From assembly GCF_006345805.1 (NCBI RefSeq), contig NC_042998.1, forward strand, positions 24,366,001 to 24,430,000: 64,000 nt of DNA, given 5' to 3'. The translations under genes were made by a program, and so were the position numbers. The notes below the pieces were generated by a model. It had not been told where the DNA came from. It did no database searches and was given only the letters and a program-made list of their open reading frames with translations. This document shows positions 25,491-37,690 of the stretch, one piece after another. The first letter of the stretch is position 1. Every line of letters begins with the position of its first letter. The stretch is from Octopus sinensis. Its lineage: Eukaryota.

Positions 25491-25533
25491 TTTCAGTACC
25501 GGTTTCGGTCATTTTGAGACCTTTTCAACTGTA
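25491..25533 (-). ncRNA. Minimal hammerhead ribozyme (family H3), inverted twin
   Basis: Core, stem II and helix III identical to 26514-26557 on the opposite strand. Confidence 0.7.
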
Positions 25534-26513
25534 CGATTAAATAATTAAATTTAGAAAAATTAGAAGAAAGTTTTTTTAAAAGAATATTTCTATAGTAGTG
25601 TTCAGATTTAAGTGGCATTCTGCCTTCTCTGACTCCCTTGTTTGCACTTGTGTGTTCGAGGTAGTTGTGAGCTCTTGGTAGGGTAGTAGAGAGAAGGCTG
25701 GTGAGGAAAGGGGGTGGGAGAATCTGGGAGTGCCCTGATGGTCGTATTTTGAATGGTCAGTGGCGGCTGGCAGTCTCAGTTCAATTCAGGAGAATATTAT
25801 ATTGACAGGCTTCTTTATAGAATTAGGTTGTATACTAAAAACATTAGTGACGAACTTAAGGGGTAGGGGTGGAGGAAGAAGAGAGAAGAAGAAGAAGAAG
25901 AAAAGAAGAAGAAGAGAAGGAGAAGGAGAATGGGAGGAGAAGAGGACGATGATGGTGATGGTGTGATGAGTATGACGACGATGATGATGATAACGATGAT
26001 GATGAAGAAGAAGAAGAGAAGAAGGAGGAGAAGGAGAAGATGGTGGTGATGATGGTGGCGATGATGATGATGTGATTGGCCGATGATGATGATAACGATG
26101 ATGATGAAAGAAGAGGAAGAAGAAGAAGAAGAAAAACACAAGAATGGAGAATATGAATGTAAATATAGCTATGAAGGGGCTGATTAGTAATGGATTCTAT
26201 GAGTGTAGTATTTGTGTGTGTATATATATTTTTTTCTTTTATTCTAAAGGTGAGGTATATTAATTGTTTGTCTTAGACGCGCCGTTAAGAAGTGGCTTGT
26301 ATTTTGTAATAAAGAGATTTTCTTTACCTTTCCTCCTCACCAGCCTTCTCTCTACTACTTCCCTACCAAGAGCTCACAACTACCCCTCGAACACACAATG
26401 CAAACAAGGGAGTCAGAGAAAGGCAGAGCCACTTAAATCTGACACTACTATAGAATATTCTTTTAAAAAAACTTTTCTTCTTCTAATTTTTTTTCTAATT
26501 TAATTATTAATCG

Positions 26514-26557
26514 TTACAGTTGAAAAGGTCTCAAAATGACCGAAACCGGTACTGAAA
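26514..26557 (+). ncRNA. Minimal hammerhead ribozyme (family H3), U3:A8 variant
   Basis: CAG TTGAAAA GGTC TCAAAAT GACC GAA ACCGGT A CTG; palindromic helix III ACCGGT, GUA site. Confidence 0.7.
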
Positions 26558-27526
26558 TGTTCACTATAAATTATTTAGCATTTTCTATTTTTTACTTGTT
26601 TTTTCATAATATATATATATATATTTATATATATATATATATATATACATATGTATATATATGTATATATATGTATATAATGTACACACACTCATGTATA
26701 CATCATATAAATTATATAAACCACTCAAAAATATTTTAAGTTTTCTAATAAAACCATCTTTCCTAGTAGACCTCTTGGAAATATTTACATGGCCTCAGTA
26801 AGGCAGGAGATTTCCAGGCGTATATAAATGTACTTCATTCATTTTATTCAATGAGTAACAAATTCTGTCAACTGAAAAACTGAACTACTTGTTATTATAA
26901 CAGATGTGAAACTGATTTAATCATTTATACGCTTCTCTTCCACGCAAATGCATTTTCATATGAGAGTTAGAGATTTACAAATGTGCGAAATGGCGGAATC
27001 TGTAAGGCAGCAAACAAAACACATGATGGTATTTGTTTTATCGCTTTACATTGTAAGTTCAATTCCTGCTGAGGTCAACCTTGAATTTTATTTTCCCAGT
27101 GTGAACAAAATAAAGCGCCATTAGTAGATTGGTGAAAATGTTAGAGAATTGGCCAAAGGGCTTGTCATTATTTGTCCTAGCTTGGATAAGGGGTTGTGCT
27201 GGCTTGGATAAGGGGTTGTGCTGGCAGACACATTAGCCTGTTCAACATGCTTAGCAGTGTTTCTTCCAGCTCCTGACATCATGGGTTCAAATTTTGCCAA
27301 GGTCAACTTTGCCTTTCATCCTTTCAGGGTTGATAAAATAAGTACCAGTAAAGCACTGGAGTCAATGTAATCAACTTTTGTAACAAAATTTGAAACCAAT
27401 ATATTGAATATATATACATTCCATTGTTTATATATATACACTGTATATATACATATACATACATATATATATATGTATACACACTCACACACACACACAC
27501 ACCACACACACACACATATATATATA

Positions 27527-27934
27527 GGTGCAGGAATGGCTGTGTGGTAAGTAGCTTGCTTCCCAACCACATGGTTCTGGGTTCATTCCCACTGTGTGGC
27601 ACCTTGAGCAAGTGTCTTCTGCTATAGCCTTAGGCCGACCAAAACCTTGTGAGTAGATTTGGTAGACGGAAATTGAAGGAAGCCCATCGTATATATGTAT
27701 ATATATATATGTATGTATGTATATGTTTGTATGGCTGTGTTTGTCCCCCCAACATCGCTTGATGACCGATGCTGGTGTGCTTACGTCCCCGTAACTTAGT
27801 GGTTTGGCAAAAGTACTGATAGAATAAGTACTAGGATTACAAAGAATAAGTCCTGGGGTTGATTTGCTTGACTAAAGGCGATGCTTCAGCATGGCCGCAG
27901 TCAAATGACTGAAACAAGTAAAAGAGAAAAGAGT
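27527..27934 (+). mobile_element. SINE S1 copy
   Basis: S1 head, microsatellite and tail present. Confidence 0.85.
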
Positions 27935-28301
27935 ATATACACAATTTAAAAGAAGGATAAAATCTTTATAAGAATTTATCAAGTAGTCAGCATGAAAAAC
28001 CTCAAAAGAGAACAATTATTAATTATTCCCTGTAAATATATTTATTCATATTAAGGGCACTACTATACATAAATGCCTCACACTACAGATTCTGTTTTTA
28101 AGTTGCTCGCTTCATAGAGTTGCATTTCCCTTGCATTTGGTAAAATGTGTTTATTATGGTAGTTTTGACTTTAAGAGTCCCTTGTAGTGTGAGGCATTTA
28201 TGTATAGTAATGCCCTTAATATAAATAAATAAATAAATAAATATGGCAGTGCTCCAGCATGGCCGCAGTCAAATAGCTGAAACAAATAAAAGAATAAAAG
28301 A

Positions 28302-28334
<33 letters not shown>

Positions 28335-28431
28335 GTTAATCCAAACAAGAAAACACAGAAAAAAACACAGCGACGCGAGGACGTGGAACAATTAAAGTAT
28401 TATTTGACGCTCAGGAAAGAAGGGAAGGAGG

Positions 28432-28466
28432 GTTTAACGTTTCGAGCGGAGCTCTTCGTCGAAAAC
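28432..28466 (-). ncRNA. Hammerhead-like motif (family H2)
   Basis: GTTT TCGACGA A GAGC TCC GCTC GAA ACGT T AAAC; atypical core U3 C4. Confidence 0.55.
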
Positions 28467-28568
28467 AAAGGAGAAGGAAAGATCCCGAGAAGGGAAGACA
28501 GAGGAAAAAAATATTTTTGCTGGTGGTGCTCAAGAGATCACACATATATATATATATATACATATATA

Positions 28569-29458
28569 CAGAATGCGATGGGTAAATTGTCACCATTTTA
28601 TATTTTTAATTTCACACATGTGCATTGTTTGTTTCTGATTTTGTTGACTACACAGTGTAGTAGGGTCTGTTGGGCACTGTCTGTGAGAAAAACAGCACTA
28701 TGACACAGATCACTCTGCCAGAAATTTGGAAGCAACATGATGTACTGCTTGGCATTCACAGCAGAAGCTCCATTATGAACAGATGGTGAACACACAGAAC
28801 AACTGTTGGCTTGCTATGTCCCCAAAACATGTACCGAGAGTGATAAAAATTAAACATCCAGTCAACATCATGGTGTTTGGAGTGATCACAAGTGATGGTG
28901 GCGTTATGCCTCCATTCATCTTCCCACATGGCCTCTGACACAAGATGAAGTCCTACATCAAGTACCTGGAGGAGATAGTGCTGCCATGGGTCCAGAGGGT
29001 GGCTGCTGAAAGACCTTATGTCTGGCAAGAGGACTCTGCACCATTCCACACAAGCAGGAGAACCCAGTCATGGCTGTTGGACAATTTCTGCGACCACATC
29101 ACTCCTAACATCTGGCCACCTAACTCCCCAGACAGCAACCCCCTTGATTATTATGTGTGGGGCACAGTTGAGTGAGAGACCAACAAAACCCCTTGTAACA
29201 CCAAAGATGAACTGAAGGCAAGGATTATGGCAGCAGTCACCAACTTAAACAAGGAGACTGTCCAGAAGAGTTGCAGGAGATCCCAAAGTCGTCTGGAGGC
29301 CGTGGTTGAAGCCAATGGCGATTTTATTGAGTAAATTTACTCTTTAGTATTTCAAAATATTTTTAGGTAAATTTGGTAAATATATCTGTTAAAATGAGAT
29401 GTCAGTGTTACTGCCATGTTTGTGTAATTTAAATGACAATATATTCACCGCATCCCTG
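28569..29458 (+). mobile_element. Internally deleted Tc1/mariner-superfamily element, DD37D/maT-like
   Basis: KHPVNIMVFGVITSDG...YIKYLEEIVLPWVQRVAAERPYVWQEDSAPFHTSRRTQSW...WPPNSPDSNPLDYYVWGTVE; imperfect TIRs CAG(A/GG)ATGCG..., TA flanks. Confidence 0.85.
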
Positions 29459-29873
29459 TGTATGTAAATATATATACATGTATGTATGTGTATGTGTGTA
29501 CATGTGTGTGTATATATATATTGTGTGTATATATATTGTGTGTGTATATATATTTACATACACAGGGATGCGGTGAATATATTGTCATTTAAATTACACA
29601 AACATGGCAGTAACACTGACATCTCATTTTAACAGATATATTTACCAAATTTACCTAAAATTATTTTGAAATACTAAAGAGTAATTTACTCAATAAAATC
29701 GCCATTGGCTTCAACCACGGCCTCCAGACGACTTTGGGATCTCCTGCAACTCTTCTGTTATATATATAATTTTGTGTGATCCATGCAAGCATGTAAAAGT
29801 GAATGTTAAAAGATAATTATATGCATATAAATAATTACATATATATATATATATATATATGTAATATGTATCG

Positions 29874-29923
<50 letters not shown>

Positions 29924-29936
29924 ATATATATATATA

Positions 29937-30491
29937 CACTTGCGTCGGAAATTAATTAGCACTTCTCAAATTTCTACATTTTCTTAATTTAATTAACCTA
30001 TTATCAGAAACGAACTCGTTTTTAATCAAAAATTTATTAAAACATATCCCAGCACACCACATAATTGTTATTAATCATGAAATTTAGTCAATATCTTGTT
30101 GCTCCTCCTTTGGCAGCAATGACAGCTGCTACGCGGGTCGGCATGCTGTCTATGAGTGCCTGCAGGTACTGTGCAGGGATGGCCCCTCATGCAGCAAGAA
30201 GTGCCCCAAACAGCTCGTGTCGGTTCCTATTGCTGCACATTCAAATCCCTACCCAATCGACTCCAGAGGTTCTCAATAGGGTTCAGGTCAGGTGACTGGC
30301 CAGCACGTACTCCTCGCCACCAAAGAGGTATCCCGTACTATCTCAACGTACTTTGCTGCGTTGATGTTGCCTTCGACGGCATAGAGCCGCCCAACACCAC
30401 TGTAGCTGAACGCCCCTCACACCATCAGACCACCCCCACCATGCTTCATGGTGAGCAAATCAAGGGTGCTAATTAATTTCTGACGGTAGTG
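29937..30491 (-). mobile_element. Internally deleted Tc1 element
   Basis: 26-bp TIRs (23/26 identical) at 29937-29962 and 30466-30491, TA on both sides; minus strand TMKHGGGGLMV*GAFS...SPDLNPIENLW...LIDSMPTRVAAVIAAKGGATRY*. Confidence 0.92.
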
Positions 30492-30777
30492 TATATATAT
30501 ATATATATGTAATTATTTATATGCATATAATCATCTTTTAACAATCACTTGTTCATGCTTGCATGGGTTACACAAAATTCATTGGCACTGATTTTCCATG
30601 GTTGGATGCTTTTTGTTGTTTCCAACATCACCTGTTTCCAAGTAAGATAATATTTCCCTTGATCTTTCAAACATGAACAGTACAACGATCAGACATTGTC
30701 ATGGAAGTCTGCAAATAAACAACACCACTTGTTTACAATTAGCATGGAATGTCAACACAAAGAAACATACACAAGTA

Positions 30778-30811
<34 letters not shown>

Positions 30812-30944
30812 AGTGCACACGTACATTATAAATATTTTCTGCTGAATTATTTGATCCTTATTGAAATTATTTTCACACTGAAATTGCAATGATTTGACGC
30901 AAAGCAAATCAGTTCAGCATGAGTTTTGGAACCAACATTCACTG

Positions 30945-31145
30945 AAATCAGGATATTCCTACCTGTAACACAAACTTACGTTGGATGAATGCACTTTGTA
31001 CAAGAGACCAGTGGCTGAGCTGGGTGTGGTGGGGTGGGTCATGAACGGTACAGACCCTGGAAAAATGTGGAACGTGTCAGACAAGCTTTCAGAATTGCAT
31101 CAATGATAACGGACACTACATGGTGAATGCTGTTTTCCACACTTA
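30945..31145 (+). mobile_element. Decayed mariner-type transposase C-terminus
   Basis: GY...TLDE...VERVRQAF/FQNCINDNGHYMVNAVFHT* resembles the CIxxxGxHxxxxIFxT* ends of this family. Confidence 0.5.
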
Positions 31146-31310
31146 ATTTTAACAAATTTTAAATTCAATACAAAACGTTGATGCCAATAAAATTTGTTGG
31201 CATCTAAAATTAATGATTTTTGTGAATTTTTCAAAAACGTCTGCCCTCTTACCACAGAGCCACACTACATTTTCTTAACAATGCACAGAATATGAAAACC
31301 AACTCTCTCT

Positions 31311-31723
31311 CTCTCTTTTCTCTTTTTTCCTTGTTTCAGTCATTTGACTGCAGCCATGCTGGAGCACCGCCTTTAATCGAGCAACTCGACCCCGGGACTC
31401 ATTCTTTGTAAGCCCAGTACTTATTCTATCGGTCTCTTTTTGCCGAACCGCTAAGTGACAGGGACATAAACACACCAGCATCGGTTGTCAAGCAATGCTA
31501 GGGGGACAAACACACACATACACAAACAGACACACACATACATATATATATACATATATACGACAGGCTTCTTTCAGTTTCCGTCTATCAAATCCACTCA
31601 CAAGGCTTTGGTCGGCCCGAGGCTATAGTAGAAGACACTTGCCCAAGGTGCCACGCAGTGGGACTGAACCCAGAACCATGTGGTTGGTAAACAGGCTACT
31701 TACTACACAGCCACTCCTGCGCC
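31311..31723 (-). mobile_element. SINE S1 copy, full length
   Basis: Reverse complement of the S1 consensus. Confidence 0.9.
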
Positions 31724-31927
31724 GGTTTTTTTTTTTTCTTATTTCCTAATTGTTGCGTTTGAATTTTTGATATTTGATAAGATGGACATACACATTGAAA
31801 CTGGTAATATCTTATAAAAGCCACTTAATGTAACAAATATTTAAATACTTATCCTGACCGATTAGAGGAAAATCTATAAAGAATCTTTAAATATACTTCC
31901 ATGCTGTTTTCATTTTTACTTTTACCG

Positions 31928-31963
<36 letters not shown>

Positions 31964-32134
31964 CTCTATCTCTCTCTCTCTCTCTCACTCTCTATGTATG
32001 TTTGTATTATGTACGTATTTATGTATCTATCTATCACTATGTATGTGTATGTATATATGTATGTATTTATCTATATATATATGTATGTATATACATATAT
32101 ATTTATCTCTCTCTCTATATATATATAGTATAAA

Positions 32135-32166
<32 letters not shown>

Positions 32167-32182
32167 TATATTATATATATAG

Positions 32183-32224
<42 letters not shown>

Positions 32225-32438
32225 ATATATATGGTGTGGGTGTGTGGTGTGTGTGTGTGTGGTGTGTGTATGAATATATATATATAATATATAAACAACT
32301 TATAAATTTAACCTTTAAAGGTATTTTTTAATATGCTGGCCATTGCTAAAAATTTTTTCGAAAAAAATTTTATCCTACATTAAATATATATAAATATATA
32401 TATGTATAAATATATATTGTATTATATATGTATATATA

Positions 32439-32469
<31 letters not shown>

Positions 32470-32557
32470 GTGGTGTGTGTGTGTATATATATATGTATAT
32501 GTGTGTATATATATGTATATGTGTGTATTATATATATATATATGATGTATATATATA

Positions 32558-32589
<32 letters not shown>

Positions 32590-33150
32590 AACATATAAAC
32601 ATAATACTATTAATCACGCATGTCATGACTTCAGCACTTGCTGCATAAAAACATAGCTACAATAGTAGAAAGATATTAGAATGCCCGTGTAAAGTGTCAC
32701 TATAGAGTAAGAAGTTCATGTGTGTGAACAAGTGTGTGTGTGTGTGTATGTGTATGCGTGTGTATCAGCATGAGAATGTTCATGTGTAAATACTGTCTCT
32801 CTATATGTTTGACTGTGCATCTGTACATCTGTCTCTATATTTATATACATACATACATACATACATGCATACATACATACATACATACATACATACATAC
32901 ATACATACATACATAATTGTTAAGTGTGTCTGTCTTTACGATCTGAGTTCAAATTCTGGTTGACTTTGCCTTTCAATAAATTAAATACCAGTTGCATATT
33001 GGGGTCAATCTAATTGACCGTCCTAATCACTGGGCCATTGCGCTTCCACATTTACATTATATATATAAACAATTGCAGCGTGGAAGGTGTTTGTAAGCCA
33101 TTTAAGAAACACACAAAAGCCGTTCGATTCAATTCAACATTTAAGTTTAA

Positions 33151-33200
33151 TTTGTCAAAATATTTTCGTCGCTAAAATCCGCGACCTGTTCACTGACAAA
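33151..33200 (-). ncRNA. Minimal type-I hammerhead ribozyme (family H4), G3:C8 core-swap variant
   Basis: Minus strand: TTTGTCA GTGAACA G GTCGC GGATTTTA GCGAC GAA AATATT T TGACAAA; perfect 7-bp stem I, 5-bp stem II, palindromic helix III. Confidence 0.75.
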
Positions 33201-33334
33201 ATTCCGTGCAGTGTGGAAGGTGTTTGTAAATGGCTTACAAACACCTTCCACGCTGCAATTGTTTTCGTTTCAGCACACGATCTCAGATCAAATCACTTGC
33301 TATGCGAGTACATCTCCGTAATTATATATATATA

Positions 33335-33566
33335 TATCTGTAAATGTAATATGTGATAATTATTCGGTAGCCATGATAAAACTCTCCGAGTTTCGGATGC
33401 AAGGTGGAAATCCACACTGCCATCTCTTCAGTTAGGATTTTTTCATTGCATTTTTCCGATTGCCGGATAACTCAAGAGATGGCGGTGTGGATTTCTACCT
33501 TGGCATCCAAAACTTGGAGTTTAATCATGGCTACTGAATAATTGTCACATATTACATTTACAGATA
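33335..33566. mobile_element. Foldback/MITE-like element with ~100-bp inverted arms
   Basis: TATCTGTAAATGTAATATGTGATAATTATTCGGTAGCCATG... versus ...CATGGCTACTGAATAATTGTCACATATTACATTTACAGATA. Confidence 0.85.
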
Positions 33567-33666
33567 AATTCCTCTATTTACATAATATTGAGGTCCTCTT
33601 TCATTATTTTGTTATCTTACATTTTTTATCAATATATATATATATATACATACATATTATATATAT

Positions 33667-33709
<43 letters not shown>

Positions 33710-33779
33710 TATATGTATGCATATGTATGAATGCATATGTTTGTATATATGTACAGATATGTATGTGTGTGTTATATAG

Positions 33780-33823
<44 letters not shown>

Positions 33824-34187
33824 TATGTGCTACATAAATGGATAGATGAACTATATATTCACTGTTTCATTCACTTTTGATGAATTTTTCTCTTCTATTG
33901 ATCAAATGAGTGAACAGACAAGAGCTCTAGAAATAGCAGCTTAATCTTCCATCTCTGGCATGGAATGAAGTTTGCTTTCCAACAACATGCTTCCGGTAAA
34001 TGTAAGTCCAGGGGTAGATTCTTCATGCAGTGTTCCAGCAATGAATGTCAGAAATAAAAAGTTCTGAAATCCCTCCTGTGTCAATTTGAATAACAAACAG
34101 CCTTTACAGAATGTGAGAGAAATTAGAGAAACGGATTAAATTGTCTCCATATATATATATGCTACATAAATGGATAGATGAACTATA

Positions 34188-34578
34188 CTCTTTACTCTTT
34201 TACTCTTTTACTTGTTTCAGTCATTTGAACTGCGCCATGCTGGAGCACACGCCTTTTAGTCGAGAAAATCGACCCCAGGACTTATTCTTTGTAAGCCGAG
34301 TACTTATTCTATCGGTATCTTTGCCGAACGCTAAGTAACGGGGACATAAACATACCAGTATCGGTTGTCAAGCGATGTTGGGGGACAAAGACAGACACAC
34401 AAACACAAACACACCACATATATACATATATATATATATATATAATATATATACGACAGGCTTCTTTCAGTTTCCGTCTACCAAATCCACTCACAAGGCA
34501 CTTTCCCAAGGTGCCACGCAGTGGGACTGAACCCGGAACCGTGTGGTTGGTAAGCAAGCTACTTACCACACAGCCACT
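34188..34578 (-). mobile_element. SINE S1 copy
   Basis: Reverse complement of S1 with an internal deletion. Confidence 0.85.
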
Positions 34579-35310
34579 ACGATAATAATAATAATAATAA
34601 TAATAAGTGACAACAAAAGAATGGGACCTCGATACTAGGTAAATAGAGGATTATTTATATTTATAGCTTAGGACAAACAGTAAAAGTTTGTCATTTTAGT
34701 ACTCAGTGTTTCAAATGCCGGACTGAAGACCTACAAAGCATTCTCGTCAACTATAGCTATAAATATATATCTATATCTATATATACATATACTCCCACAC
34801 ATATATGTATGGTGAGAGTGACAGAGAGTGTGTGTGAAGAGAGAATTACTTCTACTTCAAAGTTTCGTCAAAGGTGGTTCAAGAAAGATTCAAGGAAATG
34901 ATTCTTGTCTGAAATTGAATGTATAAGGAATAATTATTGATATGTTATATGATTTGATCAATGACAGAAGAACTAAATATTTTATTTCTCCTGGCTTGTA
35001 TATAAAATTTAATGGCAACGGGAAATTGCTAGCAAGGAAAACAGAAAGCAAATATTTAAAATATTTTTACCGGCCAATGAAAACATTCCAGTTTTGTATC
35101 CTGTCTGATTAAATCAATTACTGAAAACCATATATAGCAGCAAATGTCTATATCTTGACCTACAAAGATATTTATATTCCTTTTTCCATTTTTACATCAT
35201 TTGTACAATATATGTGTGTGCATGTGTATTAATGTACGTATGCATGTATGTATGTATATATGTATATATGTATGTATGTAACTATCTATTTATCTGACTA
35301 TGTGTGTGTG

Positions 35311-35341
<31 letters not shown>

Positions 35342-35744
35342 GTGTGTGTGTGTATATATATATATTCATAACTAGTAGAATCATAAATATGTTATCAAAG
35401 ATTCACATTTATTTGTCTCTCTGTCTATCTGTTATCATCACCTCTCCTTCTCCTTCATTTAACACACCCACACATGTACATATGCATGCATATATTTATA
35501 TATGTGTATATATATAAATGTACATATGCATGCATATATATGCATGTGTATATATATATATATATATGTGTGTATGCACACACACATACATGTATATAAA
35601 TGTGGTTGTATATAAATACATATATATATATGCACGTACAAAAAAATTTAAAATTTCATAACATTCATGCATTCATATGTATATTCATACGTACACAATA
35701 CATACATACATGTATGTATACATACATGTGTGTGTGTGTGTCTG

Positions 35745-35775
<31 letters not shown>

Positions 35776-36019
35776 ATATGTACATGTATATATATATATA
35801 TGTATGTATATACACACATATATATATATGTGTGTGTGTGTGTATTTACACACACACACATATATATATATATACATACACGTATATGCTTATATATATA
35901 AATGCATGTGTGTGCATGTGTGTTTATGTATGTATGTTACATATTTGTATATGCATTCATATTTTTATTCATATACCCACACACACATAGATATGAATAG
36001 ATATATGCTTGTCAGAAAT

Positions 36020-36056
<37 letters not shown>

Positions 36057-37488
36057 ACCACACACAATATATTATATATATATATATACACCAACACACC
36101 ACACATATATAGATATATATATATTATATTATATATATATATATATATATACCTTGCACAGTACATAAACAACAACACTCTCTCAAAAATACATACATGT
36201 ATATAATATATATTTATATAAGATTTTTTTGTCTATCTTTTTCCTTGCTAATTTTTTTCCTTTCTTTTTTTCTTGCTGATGATGGAACCATTATCCTTCA
36301 AAATCTCATAAAATCTTGGACAAAAGAACATTTTTTTTCCCCCGAAGAAAATTTTGTACTTATTTTCTAAAACATGAGATAAAATCATTGAATATGGCAA
36401 AATGTATATTTTTTTTTTTATACTTATTTCTCAAAAAATTTAATTCTATCTGAAGCAAAAAATAGATAAAAAGAAATTTTATTGAGGAAGATAAAACAAA
36501 TATGTAAATAAACAGAATAGATTTGTATAAAAAAGGAAAAAAAAATTCAATTTAGATTTTATTTCTTTTTCAGTGACGGTGGGGGTTGTAAATGAGAATT
36601 GAATCATAAATATCTATTTACATTTTTTTTAAACAGTACTGTTAAGTTTTTCATTTCTTTTTCCATTTTTTTACCCAAATATACAGATAGTTTATGAAAA
36701 TAAATATAATGTAAGAACCCAGTGGGAATTGAACCCACATTTCCATTGTTGAAATAACCATCAGTCTATTTAAGGCTCTGCAATAAGCTCTGTGACAATA
36801 ATACTCAATTGTCACATTAGACTTCAATATACTCTTATTTTAAAGATCATTCTTGTCAACTTTAGTATCAAAAACACTAATAATAAAGTTATTCTGCAAC
36901 ACTACATAAAAAAATGTAATAAATAAATAAACCGAAAAAATAGAAAAGAAAAGAGAAGAAAAAACAGGGAAAAAAAACTTTGGCTAAACTGTTAAAGTGT
37001 AGATGATGTGATTTTATAAATCTAAATTTCAAGTATTTATGAGTATTTTCTTAACTCATTATAAATTTTCTGAAATAAGTAATTAAATTCATGGAAGTGC
37101 AGGAATAAAATGAAATGAATAATTAGAAGAAATATTTCACTGTAATAAAGATATTTTACTTCAAATTCATTCAAGCTTTATTGGCTGTTAAACAATATTC
37201 TAATCATACCATTACAAGTCACCCTCAGGCATTTTTCCTAGAGTCTTTTAGATTATATCTTCTGCTTGACAAAGTACAGGAATAGACTGGGAATATGCTT
37301 GCTGTATATATGAAAGAGAAAAATGAACAAGTAATTTATCATTGTCTCAACTTATCTAGCTATGGGAAATAATAGCAACATAGCTTTTCATAGAAAGTTA
37401 CCATGAATAAGTTAAGAATTATGTGACTTTTTTTTAAAAACAAAAACTGACATGCAGTTTTAATAAGAACCATGCTTTGGTGAAAATA

Positions 37489-37659
37489 GGCGCTGGAGTG
37501 GCTGTGTGGTAAGTAGCTTGCTAACCAACTACATGGTTCCGTGTTCAGTCCCACTGCGTGGCATCTTGGGCAAGTGCCTTCTGCTATAGCCCCGGGCCGA
37601 CCAATGCCTTGTGAGTGGATTTGGTAGATGGAAACTGAAAGAAGCCTGTCGTATATATG

Positions 37660-37690
<31 letters not shown>

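Larger units (their letters stand above)
25438..26607. mobile_element. Penelope-like element remnant with inverted ~280-bp terminal repeats, each carrying an HHR
   Basis: 25438-~25712 is the reverse complement of ~26328-26607; HHRs at 25491-25533 (-) and 26514-26557 (+). Confidence 0.65.

Noticed and set aside
30980-31057. Apparent minus-strand exon with a perfect GTAAGT donor (SVPFMTHPTTPSSATG...)
   Set aside because: The plus strand carries mariner-type C-terminal motifs (TLDE...CINDNGH...VFHT*), which explain the sequence better
36715-36790. tRNA-like T-arm GTGGGTTCAATTCCCAC on the minus strand
   Set aside because: No D arm, anticodon arm or acceptor stem can be built; likely a decayed SINE head. 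No bona fide tRNA gene was found in the window
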